From assembly GCA_040954595.2 (NCBI GenBank), contig CM082592.2, forward strand, positions 10,982,017-11,046,016: a DNA stretch of 64,000 nt, given 5' to 3'. This document shows, in pieces, positions 1-12,899 of the stretch. Position numbers and translations under genes: made by a program. Position 1 is the stretch's first letter. Every line of letters starts with the position of its first letter. The notes under the pieces are model-generated. The model did not search any database. It saw only the letters and a program-made list of their open reading frames with translations, and had not been told where the DNA came from. Source of the DNA: Balanoglossus misakiensis. Lineage: Eukaryota; Animalia; Hemichordata.

Positions 1-50
1 ACCAATCTTAGCTAGAATTCTATATTTAGAGTTTGTTGGACGGAAACTAC

Positions 51-136
51 CCTTGTAAAGGTGGCTTCTATCGTTACATAAGATTGGTCGTACCTTGTAA
101 AGGTGGCTTCTATCGTTACATCAGATTGGTCGTACC
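51..136. repeat. 42-bp tandem duplication (2 copies), intronic
   Basis: ccttgtaaaggtggcttctatcgttacat..gattggtcgta occurs at 51 and again at 93 (period 42). Confidence 0.9.
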
Positions 137-205
137 TCATGGTAGTTGAACATGCTTTTGATTTCCTTTTGAAGACTAATGAAAGAACGTTGACATTTTT
201 AACAG

Positions 206-687
206 TATCAAGTGGATCAACTCCAGCACCAACGACCTCGCCGTTGCCAACAACAACCTTAAAGGAAACAACGACGATGTCCGTCACCACCCTTCAAGAT
301 ACGACGCCATCGCCAACAACTCTTCCAGATACAACGTCTTCAAGTTCGACCAAGGCTGCACTGGTGACAACGACCTCCCCGACCACCCAACAAGAAACCA
401 GTCTGTCGCCTGCCACCACAGTTGATCCTACCACGACCGTGTTTGCCACCACAACCATCACCACAACCGAATCAGTGACAACGCCATCTGCGGTAATCAG
501 AAACAAGGACGGACTGACAGAGATTCAGCGACAGGCACCGTTCTGGACAATAACCACAATTCTCGCCATCGTCGTCGCCGTCATCGTCGTCTTGGACCTC
601 GCCTGTCTTCTTGGATGCAATTTAAAATCGAAAAAAGCACAGAGGAAAAGGGAGACTTCAGTCTCAAGAATTTCTGACTCGAAATAA
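206..687 (+). CDS. Terminal coding exon of a single-pass membrane protein with a Thr/Ser/Pro-rich mucin-like stalk; gene starts upstream of the window
   Basis: Acceptor tttttaacag ends at 205. The frame gives a T/S/P-rich segment, a hydrophobic helix (FWTITTILAIVVAVIVVLDLACLLGC) and a basic cytoplasmic tail, with TAA ending at 687. Confidence 0.8.
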
Positions 688-770
688 ATTGGTTCCGAAG
701 TTACTTGGACAAAGCATCATTTACAGAAATAATTATGATTATCGTGGAACAAAGTTGTGCGATACGTAAT

Positions 771-812
771 GACAGATAGACAGACAGATAGATAGATAGA
801 CAGCTAGATAGA
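771..812. repeat. (GACA/GATA)n microsatellite
   Basis: gacagatagacagacagatagatagatagacagctagataga. Confidence 0.8.
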
Positions 813-1011
813 TGACGATGTTAAAGTGTGAATGTTTGAGTTCGGGTAGTTTTATGTGCCACTTTCCTTCCAAAATCGAAAACGCAGGGTGCCATCTTTG
901 TTCTCGCGATAAACACGTTCCAACGAGATCTAAACGCTGGTGCGTTCTATTCCACACAATGGGATACCTGTTCCGTGAAGAACTTCCATCTTCCAATTGA
1001 ACATTTGCGAA

Positions 1012-2409
1012 ATGGGTTGTTTGATGTCGAAGAGGCGCCAATCTTTCGATTTTTCTCGGGCACAAGAAGGAAAATTGCGCACGTGCACGGAAGAGGATAA
1101 ATGGCAACTACTCCATGATGCTATTATAACCGACAACGGGAAAGTTTGCGAAAAGGTTCTGAAATCTGGTTTTGAAGTCAACAGTCCGGGTTCACTTGTT
1201 CACCGTCGCTGTACACATTGTAAATGCTCCGACGAACTGAGCGAAATCGAAGCATTCTGCAAAAATGGAAGCATCAGGATTCTTCACATAGCTGCGCTTT
1301 ACAGACGACCAGAAATAATGAAACAATTGCTTGACTTCGGTGCTGATCCGAACATATATGACGACAGGGGGCGGAACCCTTTACAAGTATGTGTAATGTG
1401 TTGGCCACATTTGGGAGGAAGATACCAATCCATAGAATCTTTCGGCAACACCCCGGATGAAGATGACTTGTATAAAAGGTACTTGGAGGCGTTAAAAGAA
1501 AGATGTTTGGAGTGCATCGAACTTTTGTGCAACTACAATGTTTCGCTGCACTTCGATACAGAGGAGCGTTTCACTGCAGTGCACATGGCGTCACAGTTCG
1601 ACGCCGTTGAAATTTTGAGAATTTTTTGCCGGCATTTCACTGTCGAACAACTGGACACGCGAGAAAACGTGTTCGGTTTGACGCCAGCCATGCTAGCCGC
1701 GTTTGAAGGGCGAAGACGAGCCTTGAGAATGCTATTACAGAAAGGTGTCAACATCAATGCCAAAACGATCGGGGGAAGAACGATGGTTCATCTGGCAGCG
1801 GCGAGTGGGAGAGGAGACCCCGGGGCCAGTTGTTTGAAACACCTGCTTCGACTTGGTCTGGATTCCAACGTCCAAGATGACGATGGTTGGACACCTCTGC
1901 ATGTAGCTGCGAGACACAAAGTTTGGCCACAGATCAGGACGCTGTTAGAGTACGGAGCAAATACAGAAATTCTTTGCACAAGATCGCACACTGCCCTCTA
2001 TAACTACGTGGAATCGTTGTGTTCCAGGGTGATACCCAATGAAGGAAGATGGGATCTTCCTTTCTGGCCACTCGCAATCGATACCATCCATTCCAACGTA
2101 ACCGACGATCATCTTCAGGCACTTTTTCCGTCACTTTTGAGAATTCAAGATCTCGACTTTCAATTTTCCGATGTCTTTCAAATGTTTAGGGGAACTGTGG
2201 TCGGCAAAGATCCAGCCGACTTGAAATCGATCTGTCGTCACAGAATCCGCCAAATTTTGACAACTTCTTGGCATACCTATCCTTGTCATGAGAAAATCAG
2301 AGAACTGCCGTTGCCACGACAACTGAAAACTTTTCTCGTGGAGGATATGAGGAAACTGTTTTACGCTCTGCAAATAAGGCATGATCTCCAAGATATTATT
2401 GAATATTAG
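1012..2409 (+). CDS. ANKRD61: Intronless ankyrin-repeat and SOCS-box protein, ANKRD61-like
   Basis: ATG at 1012 (MGCLMSKRR). Ankyrin repeats (LHIAALY..LLDFGADPNIYD; TPAMLAAFEG..LLQKGVNINAK; GWTPLHVAA..LLEYGAN) and a C-terminal SOCS box (DLKSICRHRIRQIL...IRELPLPRQLKTFL). Non-repeat landmarks (LHDAI, CWP, GASCLKHLL) match my recollection of vertebrate ANKRD61. AATAAA at 2653. Confidence 0.75.
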   Translation: MGCLMSKRRQSFDFSRAQEGKLRTCTEEDKWQLLHDAIITDNGKVCEKVLKSGFEVNSPGSLVHRRCTHCKCSDELSEIEAFCKNGSIRILHIAALYRRPEIMKQLLDFGADPNIYDDRGRNPLQVCVMCWPHLGGRYQSIESFGNTPDEDDLYKRYLEALKERCLECIELLCNYNVSLHFDTEERFTAVHMASQFDAVEILRIFCRHFTVEQLDTRENVFGLTPAMLAAFEGRRRALRMLLQKGVNINAKTIGGRTMVHLAAASGRGDPGASCLKHLLRLGLDSNVQDDDGWTPLHVAARHKVWPQIRTLLEYGANTEILCTRSHTALYNYVESLCSRVIPNEGRWDLPFWPLAIDTIHSNVTDDHLQALFPSLLRIQDLDFQFSDVFQMFRGTVVGKDPADLKSICRHRIRQILTTSWHTYPCHEKIRELPLPRQLKTFLVEDMRKLFYALQIRHDLQDIIEY

Positions 2410-3034
2410 TAGTCATTACCGTTACCCCCACAGGCATTTCTTTGTCTGAGACATTGAGCCATCTCCATGTCTGAGGTTACCTATTACGATACTTCAGGTT
2501 TTACATGGCGAGCGTGGATATTGTTTGTCTGTTGTGTCCTCGTTTGTTGTTGTGTGACGTAACCCATTGTTTATTTTCCTCTGCTGTATTGTTCGCTTAC
2601 ATTTGTAATGGCGGTCTTGATGTACCACACCGTTTTCTCTCTTATTATGAACAATAAAGATTTATTTGAATGGAATCTTAACCCAAGCTATCATTTATTC
2701 CAATAGATACATGTAGGCCCTATATTGATCACATGTGTGAAACCATGCATATCATTAAATCACTAACCCATCAACAGTGCCTGTCGTTGTCGTTGAAATA
2801 AATGTTCTTCCGCCGCATGTACGACTTCAAAACTTTCGTTTAAGGGTGGGGTTTGAAGTCAAACGAAATTAATTTCATTAAAGTTTAATCACCACCCATT
2901 AGACAGGCCATAAGCCGCTTTGCAATTCAAAGGATGTGGAGGAGAGAGATTCCTTGCCAAGATTAAAGATGGCGTCCTCTATCGGCAATCATTATAAATA
3001 TTACCCACAGTTCCTAAAGATAATTTCTGTAGAC

Positions 3035-6000
3035 ATGGCGGATATCGATGAAGAAGACGAAGAGTTGGCAATACTGGTGAGTGTTTAACAGAATTACAGC
3101 TTATTGCAATGACTTATGAGGGTGAGCCTGCAGCCCACTGTTGTCAACTAATTTTTAACATGAAATATGACATTTCAATGATTAATATGAATGAACACAC
3201 AAGCGTTGGTTCCTGTCAACGTTGCCCTTGCATGAGCCTGGTTTATACGACCTGCAACCTAACAATTTTGCAGGGCGATAAAATGAATTGAATGCATACA
3301 GTAAACCACGTTCTTATCACCAAACTGGTGACAATAGAATTTCCAACTGGTATGACGTGGTCAGCATAAATTGTTTGCTATAAGTACGTCGTAATTGAAA
3401 TATAAACACAGCGAAGAGTCAAAATCAAAACAAAATCAACATGGTCAGGTCAATCCCTGAACCCCATACATGTATACAATGTACATGTATATTCGTGGGG
3501 TAGGATAAACCTGATACGACAATGGGATTAAGTGGTCACTGACACAGCACAGACAGTTGTTTGTGACAAATGCAATGGCTTTTAGGCTGTTTGTTTCACG
3601 AACAGACATGAAAATCAGCATGGATAAATTTTAACATATGATACGTGGAGTGGTGGTCAGTCACATGATATTTGCGAGTTTACCTTCGTGTATGTGAATG
3701 ATCATTGTCAAGTAGCAATGGTGTAAAACCATTAACATGCGTTCAGTCTAACCTAACACTGTTAATTAGGTTAGTTACTGTATACCTGTGAGTCTAAAAT
3801 TAAGCTATACCACTGACTTGTAGCATTACCACCATATTGGAGCCTTGTTAACCCAGTGACCTTAACAAATGAACTAAAAAAATATATTTTGTTTATTTTT
3901 CTACCTACAGAAAGAAGAATTTCAGTGGCTTCTGAAGGAAGAGGTGCACTCTGTATTAAAACATCTACGACAAGTGCTCCAGGTAAATGAGACAATTCCA
4001 TGTCATCAACATTCCCTGTTAATCAGATAATCTTTCAATCCATTACATCAAATGGAAATTCCTCAAAATTGACAACGTATGAAATTCCACTTATGTTCAG
4101 TTGCACACAAAAAAAGATATAAATACGTAGAATTCAATCATCACAAAATGGAGAGTGATATTTTCATCATGGCCAACGAACACGTGTTCACTTTGTTACC
4201 GGCTGCTTTTGTTCTATGTCAGCTGTTCCCTGCATATGCTGGATATAGTTCGACCTGCAGATCAAGCCACTGTAGATTATACCTTCATGTGTACGGTTGT
4301 CTGGTGACATTCAATACATTTCAATATTATTACTCATCATAGAACGCTTGAAGATGGGTTGGCCAGTTAGGAAAACAAGTCTTGAAACAGCTTTTTTTTG
4401 CTTAGTAACTTATAAAAAGAAATGAACACACACACATTCAAAACAGATGGTAAACATTTGGATATATCCAAAAATATATCTGTTATATCACTTTTGATTT
4501 TGCAGGAATGTTCCAAACGGTTTCTTCTACGTACTGCAGGTAGGTTGGAGGAGTTGACATTCTAGACATTCGTGATGGAAATGTAACAGTATAAATCAAG
4601 TTGTGGTCTGCGTGACTATGAATGCAATGGAGAAATAATGGCTTCAGGCTCGACGCAGATGGAATATTAATAAGCTCAGCGAGATTGAATTGCATCTGGT
4701 TTATTGAGCAGTAGAATGATTTGTGATGTATTCATGTTTAACTGTCGTTTTGTGTGCAATACACGTAACGTATTCCCTTGTACTTTTGTCTTGTCTCCAA
4801 CCTTTGTGTGCCTTTTTATCTCATCATTCATGTCTGTCGCTGCTTTATCCATTGTTTCAATTGTTTCAATCATTCATAAGCAGGTGTTGCAGCATATGTT
4901 TATGGAACAACAATCGCAAATTGAGCCTTTGTTTCATAAAAACATTCTTTGGATAATTCTTCCCTGGATAATGTCTATATACATGTATGTATATATGAAT
5001 TTACATATTTGAAAATGCTGTTATATATTACCATCCCTGCATGTATGTCATATCCATGTATGTCTGTATATCAACATGTATAATGCTGTTCCTGTTTTCT
5101 CCTTAACTTTCTGTATCAGTAAATTTATGACTTGCGTTTGAGTCTGTGTCATGTATCTACATGTTGTTGTATCTCTGTAAATGCAGGTTCATACATGATT
5201 CCTAAAATCAGTATTCCAAAAATGACAGCAACCACTATTTCAGTAATCCTACATGCACATAATAGATCATTCTGTGATTCACTAATATTTTTTTCCGGGC
5301 TTGAACAGCAGTTGCAACACCATGTGTCAAACTGGCTTCGTACTTTTCCAGAGATGATGAATCTTACCAGCCACGCTATAATAATTTCCAGTTGAAGAGT
5401 GAAATAAATGCAACTTAATTTGCAAAATATAATGTTAAGATCGAATTACTGAAAGTTGCCTGAAGGTGACTACATTGTATTACTGTATTATAATAGAGCC
5501 ACGTTGGGATGTGTCTGACAGCTGATTGAGAGAACAGGCATAAGATTTACAAAGATTTAATTGATATTTTCATCACGTACAGGGAAGTCACCGTTAGTCA
5601 AACCAGAAAAATATTTGCTGTCAAGCACAAAGTAAGTATTGTTTCCTTTTGATACATTTTAAATGCATATCACCTGATCTGCAGTTGTCAATTTTTGAAA
5701 CTGAAATGCAAATCTATAAAGGACATTTTTGCTGATGTTTTATTGGTATTTTTTTTTCCAGTGGAAATGACAATATCAAGGGAGTCATTACAGTGTTTGG
5801 AGACAATATATGTCAAGCTGTAAGTAGTGATTTCATCTTGTCAAATACAACTCAAAATGTGCAATTTTGGATCATGTCTTCAGAATCGCAAATTTGATTG
5901 ATTTTGATGACGGATATATCTTTCCTTCAGGATATCACAATACGACTACACAGACATGCGACTCAAATCTACAGAACGTTTATTAAAGAGGATATTCCAT

Positions 6001-7625
6001 GGAAGCTTCAGCAGGTGAGGTGACGTTCCAAAATTATAACATTGTTGTTTTATCCTGGCTAGACAGTATCGACAATATATGCATGTATAATATACAGGAA
6101 GTTTGAGTAACTGAGCATATGATCCCTGAATATTACATCACAGGTCCAAGATGCAGGGAACCACTTACAAAGTGCAATGGATTGTATAACCAGCAAAGGT
6201 GACCATTATGTCTTCCAGTCGGCAGAAGAAGTTGCCACGGTAAGTGCAGTGAATCTCTCTAACCCCTTCCAGCACCAAATCATGGTTTGACCCTTGCTTT
6301 TTCAATAGTATGGATCGATCCATATGCAGAGAAATAGTGGTGATAGAATAAGATGACTTGTGATCTTAGATTTCCTTATTATCACTTGTATCTCTCTGTA
6401 TACTTCATAGTTAATGGATGAATTAATGGTCTGTTTACAAAGAGCAAGGAGCAGTCTCTTAACTCCAAGGAAATATTCATTAGATCAGCTTTACAAGAAT
6501 AAAAGTATGGTAAGTGTAATATCGTCTGAAATGTCAGTTGTTTGTCTATTGGGACAGTTTCTACCATTTTATGTGATAATCATGTATTCCTTCACAGTTA
6601 GTGCAGGTAAATTAGTGCATTCTGGCAAACAAATGGATTTTATGGAAATGAAAGAGTACAGACTGCTTTTACACTGACACTTTTCCTTCTTTGACCATTT
6701 CATCTACAGAGGGCTTTCAATCCACCTCTGCCAGTGGACTCAATTATCAATTTCTATGTTCATCATAATAAACTAGTGATGTCGACATACTACTTAACTC
6801 CGGCACAGGGACTAAGAACACAGGTACAGTTATACTCTACATGTAGATTTTGCTTCTTTTCACATTTCACTGAATATTGCACTCCCTTCAGGGAGTCAAA
6901 CAAGACCCTTTAAAAAAACAATTTTATAAAAGCAGGATCAACTTGCGTCTTCTAACCAAGCCCTGCGTAATTATATGTCACTTTATATATGTTTATTTAT
7001 TTTTTAGAAACCATCAGTTGCATCAATAGATTCCAAACTTGGATCAGTTTTGTAAGTATATATTATAAGGTTTTAGGTATTTGGATGAAAATGTGTCAAC
7101 TGAGTGCTGCCATGCATCAGTTGGCATGACTGCAGTGTGTTATTGGCCAAATGTTTTACACTCAGCTTCTACCTATAAAGACAGAAGTAGGACAGTGATT
7201 GCAATGTGTGTGTTGAGCTCTAGTGGTGTGCATCATATCGTAGGACAGTTCATACTAACACAGTTTGTTGTTTACAGTGATGTAGGTCAGTACCGCTATG
7301 AAGTTGCAGCCCAATATCAAGTGGAATGCGCCGTGCCGTGGTTAAATGATGTCATCACGTTATTTACAATAGCACTACAAACATCACAGCAGCTGAAAGA
7401 TAAGGTATCTTGGTCATACATTATCTTGGCCATAGTCATTCAGTACTTGGCTAAAAAGTTAGCTCACAGTACCCCAATGATTTTAAATATACCCAATGGT
7501 GACAAGTGCAATATGGCCGAACTGTAATGACCTTGAAGAGCGCCCACTAGAGACCACATACTTCATGTGCTTTTGTCGTCTTACAGATTTCTGTATTCGA
7601 TGTCTATGGTACGGAACTAGAGTGA
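3035..7625 (+). CDS. ROGDI: Protein rogdi homolog, 12 coding exons: 3035-3076, 3911-3982, 4506-4539, 5583-5631, 5762-5819, 5931-6014, 6144-6239, 6411-6509, 6710-6823, 7008-7051, 7278-7404, 7587-7625
   Basis: All introns are GT-AG and frames join. Translation includes KEEFQWLLKEEVHSVLKHL, WKLQQVQDAGNHL, LMDELMVCLQRARSSLLTP, FNPPLPVD and [32 protein letters not shown], matching ROGDI. An in-frame upstream ATG exists at 2969. Confidence 0.95.
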
Positions 7626-10600
7626 AAGAAGAAGGCACAAGAAAAACAAAAGAGTGGTGGAATACAGCTGGAATGATCAACTGGATCCCAAGAGTATTTA
7701 GTGGATTGCAAATCAAGAATTAGATAGAAAGTCGAAAGCTCGCAATCATTAGATAGTGCACCAGTTAGTTATAAATGATTGCAGAGAAGTGATACTTGCT
7801 CCAATTTCAAAACAGTACAGTGTGTAAACCACGTTTAATCTCAGGAGTGTCTCTTCCATGTTTGTTGTGAACATAGAAAAAAAATTGTGCAATTTTGAGA
7901 ATTGTGACTATGCAATAATGTGTTGTATACCCAGAATTAGATTCATGATAGATAGTGGTAGAGAAAAATGAAAGTAGATTGAGTAGGGAGGTAGAATTTT
8001 CTGTTAGTTTTATAGGAGAAATTTCTCTGTAAATTTCAAATGATTGGAGAATTTGTTCAAGATTTTCCCCAAATATTTGTAGCTGTGTTTTTCACATCGC
8101 ATACATTTTCCAAGTGTCCAAGTTCAGTCCAATGTCACACAACTGGAAAAATGTTGAATGTCGTTTGCGAGCAGACCTGTAGTGTATTAGACATTAACAA
8201 TGTTTTGTTCAATTTTTTGCTTGTATCAGGCACCATACAATGCCTTTTTGCAACAAAAATCATAAGCAATGTGATTGAAGATATCAACATGATAATTTGT
8301 ATTCAATTTTATTTTATAATTTTCAAATGCCAATTGTTCATTTTTAATTGAAATTATATTTATTTATATATGATTTTGCTTAGTCACTAATCATCAGATA
8401 TATGCTATATCCTGAATTGGGTCAAAGTAGATGCTTTATTAGAACATAGCTTTCCTTAGGTATATGATATATGAAGTACCTTTTTTGTTCAAGAAACATG
8501 GCATTGCAAGAGTTATCATTGTGATTTTGTAAAATTATTATTGTAATTCGGATTTCAGCGGTTCATAATACAAAACTTTTCCAACTTCTGCTTGCATATT
8601 GTGCTTAAAATTTGGTGTTCCACAGACACCAGCAAGTTTGCATGATTTTGACATGCACTGACCACAGAGCTTGTAATTTGCCAAGCAGACCATTTCAGAA
8701 TTTAATTGAATAGTAAGTTAATGTGTCAAACCTCTCTGTAGCTAGCCGCAATTGAACGCATTGTCTGTCTTTGATATAGAATGGACATTAATGTACGATA
8801 TATTTTTGTACTTTAACAAACTGGTAGTGTGCTGGACATCGAAATCAGATACCATATATGGTAGTCTTGAACATTATTTCTGGCATGTAGTATTCATGTT
8901 GAGTAATCGGATACCATATATGGTAGTGTATATAACGTTATGTATGCGTGTGCTTACCTAATATGGTTTTTGCATAAATTAGGCTTTACCAAATATGGCA
9001 TTTTAAAGATGACCAATGAAAGTTTTGACCATATATGGGATTACTTCACATATCACAATTCCATATATGGTATTTGTTAGTTTTGAACTGGTTGTGTATG
9101 ATATTGTCTGCATTCATAAATGCCACAGTTATAAGTACTATTTTCCATGACGTGTAGCATATTTCCCTGTCATTTACCTCTCCCATGCACTGCACAAAGT
9201 GACAAAAATGTGCAGATTGTTTGACAAAGTGCATAGACATGTGATTTGTAATGATAAGATACGAATATTTACTCTTTTTCTCTTGTGTGGTGTTGAGAAA
9301 CCATTTTCCAGATCTGTTTTCCACAAACAACCTTTTCCATGACAAGTATTGTTATAGAATTTATTCCTTCAGCTTTGAATCATATCACCTCACTTTTCTG
9401 TGTGTGATTCTACACATGACACTGAACCATGAATTTTAAGACCAGTTTTTGTCGCAGGTCACAAGTATTTTTTCTTCATAACTTTAGCCTGGTGTTGTGA
9501 TTTAACCATGGTGACCAAGGATATACAATAGTTCCTCTTGCTTTTGATTTTGTCACCTGGAGTGTAAAATTCCTCTAAATAGGTATTGAGCCACTGTTTG
9601 TAAATATCTTGTACAGTTTTCTTTTGTATCATGTGTCAGCCAGTATGTGTTGATCAGACTTTTGTAGGGCAGGAGTAGCAAGAGCCATGTCTTCATCAGT
9701 TACACATCTTATGGTGTGTGTCATGGATATGACATGTGATTCAAGACTTCCAGTACTGTGTGCAAGTGTGAAGAAGCCAACTCACTCTGGTTTTTATCAG
9801 GTAACATTTTGCGTCAATACCACATACCTGAGATTGTACTCCCCTTGGTACAATTTGAGTTTTATATTGTATTTATTTCACACTGCACTTCTGATGTGAC
9901 TGTAATATTACATTGTGGATTTTTTTCTCACCATATCCAGTACTTACCATTTCATTGTCTGATGTCTGCCAGTGTGTGAATCTCAAAAGATGTCTTAGAA
10001 CTGAAAGGTACATAGTCACCTTTTTAGCCACAGCTGGCATGGGAAGTTGAGTGAAAAAAAAGTGTGCTAACAGTTATTCGAAGACTTAGACATGCCCTTC
10101 TAACCATATATAGGCGTTTGACAAATAAGGGTGAGTGTGTACCTTTAACAAAGCCATGTGTTTTGTGGAGCACAAGTATGACAGTATTTGTTGAAATCAT
10201 TGTGGACTTGATATACAGTGACCAATAAAACGAATATTTCCATCAGGAAAGGTTTTTGAGTTTGTCGCTTCTGATAAGTTTATTGTTTCATGTACATGTA
10301 TTGTGCTATGTATGTACTGGTTAAGTGATGGGTCCACAGCCCCTACTGGCATTTTCTGGCGGTCCCGTCTCTTTTAAGACTGATTTTTGTCCTTCAGTGG
10401 GTAGACTAAAAAGATATCACTTTGTTCAATCAATTTGTATTTCTTGTTCGCGAACTGTAATGCATGTCACACTTTCTGACTATAGGGAGAGAAGTATAGA
10501 AGTCAAGTGGATGTAGGTTTGAAAGCAAGAGGAATATACTGGTCATCAGGCGTTCACCACGGAATGAATGTAAGCAACATCGCAAACAGTGGCACAGAAA

Positions 10601-11950
10601 AGAGAGTTTGCAAATGAACCAACTATTTTTATACAACTTTCATGAGAACAGCAATCACGAAAATACACTGAAAGTTATGATTGTAGCACAGTCACTGATA
10701 GGATAATACGCCCATGTCGTGCAACCGTACATGTATTGAATCAACAACACCTGGTGTAAAAGATGACCAATCATCAAGCACACACGTTTTTCAGGTCAGC
10801 CAATGACAGTTCGAACGTGCACTGAATATAAAGATTTTCATTGGTTGAGAGTGGCCGACCAACACACGTCGTGCGCAAAACATGGGTTCACCAGGTGCTT
10901 TCTCAAATTCTTCTGAGCCATTTCATTCGTGTCACCACTTTCACGGTGAGAACATCGTGTCGGATAACCGCATTCATCGCGCAAAAAGTACGTCAAGAAG
11001 CGAAACATAAAAGCACGAAGATGTTGGCCAGGATGGCTGATTGTTCCAGCATGAGGAACTTCTACAGGAAATTTGCAGAACTGTCACGGTGGAAAGAAAC
11101 TGCCATTCATTCAGGCTGCAGAAGGTCAAGCCATCAAGCAACGAGTAAGTACAACGGCATTTAATGTTATTGATAACGTGGCATGATCACAGTTTACTCC
11201 TCCCAGAACAAGATAGCAACATGAATCCGCCCCACCATGGCACATGTGTAAACCCATGGAGAGCATCATCATTTGTTGCACACTGTCTTGTTCTGGGGGA
11301 ATATTAAACTGTAATGGTGCCTTTGTCGTTATGGTTCGTTTGTGTGGCCTTTGTCCTGCATTGGCTCTTGTGGAAGGCAATATCTAAATATTGCCTTGCA
11401 CGTGGTAGAATTTCCCAAGAAAAAAAGAGGTTTGACGAGGATAGTGTTGTCAGCAATTTGAAGAGTACAAGAAAATCTCTTCAAGTTGTCCAAACAGACG
11501 ACAACAGTATTCTACAGTTTTACTGATCACCAAGCGCCATCTATGCATTTAAAAAATATATACGTTTCCGCATCTTGCCAATTTATTTGCCAATTTCAGC
11601 CGGGGCACGCCCCATCGGGCACGCCCTATCGTCTTCCACGTGGATAGACGCCACCAACGACGGAATTGTGAAAACAACAATTTCCCAGGCGCGCAGCCGC
11701 AATGAGTGATCCCAAAATATTTGCAAGCACACACACACAGAAGCATAGATATATTTAAAGAATATGTGCCTGTATTGTTATCACTGCATCAATATGTAAT
11801 AACTGACCCTGTGGGCTTATGAAAATTTTATGAATCTAATTATTTCCTTGTTGAGGCAGTTACTGGACCGTGGAGCTTCTATAGTCTGTCTTCATTTCAT
11901 GCATTAAATTATGTTCCGATATTTCCAATACTTAATACTCTTGAGTGCCC

Positions 11951-12899
11951 GTGGCCATGGTAACACAGAGAAGTAGGATTGATATAAATGGTCGGTTTCA
12001 TTAAATGACAAGATTGCGGTCTGTGTGGATATATGTCTTTGTAATGTGATTCCATGGCAACTAGTTGTAAAGTGTCAAGTGTATTGTCATCATAATATAG
12101 CGATATTCACTGAGGCAAAATGTATATGCCCACAATTCACAGTTGAAAATCACAATGCCCGTGAGTGCTACGATGCTGTAATTTCAGTAGGGCGACTTGA
12201 ATGATGTATATAGGGTAGATTCAAAAGCTTGCACTGTACTGAAATGCGTTCCTTTCATCCATAATATCTGGAACCGACTGCGCCGCTACGCTCCATATCC
12301 CCGTCTCTAAAACAGTTACGTGACCGCCTTGTTCTTTGCTGCATTCTTGTACCGCGTGTTTTACTGTATCCATTGCACTGAAAGCCTATCTATATATACA
12401 TGTTCGCCACTTCAATATACACTTTTGTAAATTGAAGCTTTGCGGCACACAGTGTATTTACATTCATCGAGTTTCACTTTCCTGTGACATGTCTGGAATA
12501 CTAATTTGTTGTTCATGATGTCCAAAATTGGATGGGGCTCGAGAATATTACCATGATACCGTTGTTGATAAATTTGATTGGATTGGTTTTCATTTCCAGC
12601 GAATTGGTAGAGTTGTCTGTGCGTGTGAAGTCAAAACGAATTGCCTTTCAATAGAAAGTATACATAGTGACGTGGTATGGCATAGTGGGGTACCAATTAA
12701 TTCGAGCAGCGTAATACACGCATGCGCCGAAAGATCTCGAACGAGAAGGCACACCATGTGTTGCCAGGCAACTGCATCCACGACAGAATCCAATCATGCG
12801 GAGTTCGTATTGATATGATGAATAGTCTGGTCGCATCTCCCCTGGTTGCATCACAGAGAGAATAATCAATTCAAACATGGCGGCTGCTGCCATGGCAAC
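11951..12899. promoter_or_regulatory. Cluster of RFX X-box-like motifs
   Basis: GTGGCCATGGTAAC 11951, GATTCCATGGCAAC 12048, GTTGCCAGGCAAC 12760, GCTGCCATGGCAAC 12886; also NRF1-like CGCATGCGC near 12719. Confidence 0.4.

Noticed and set aside
10841-11526. Short ORFs on both strands
   Set aside because: No recognisable domain and no consistent splice structure; left unassigned.
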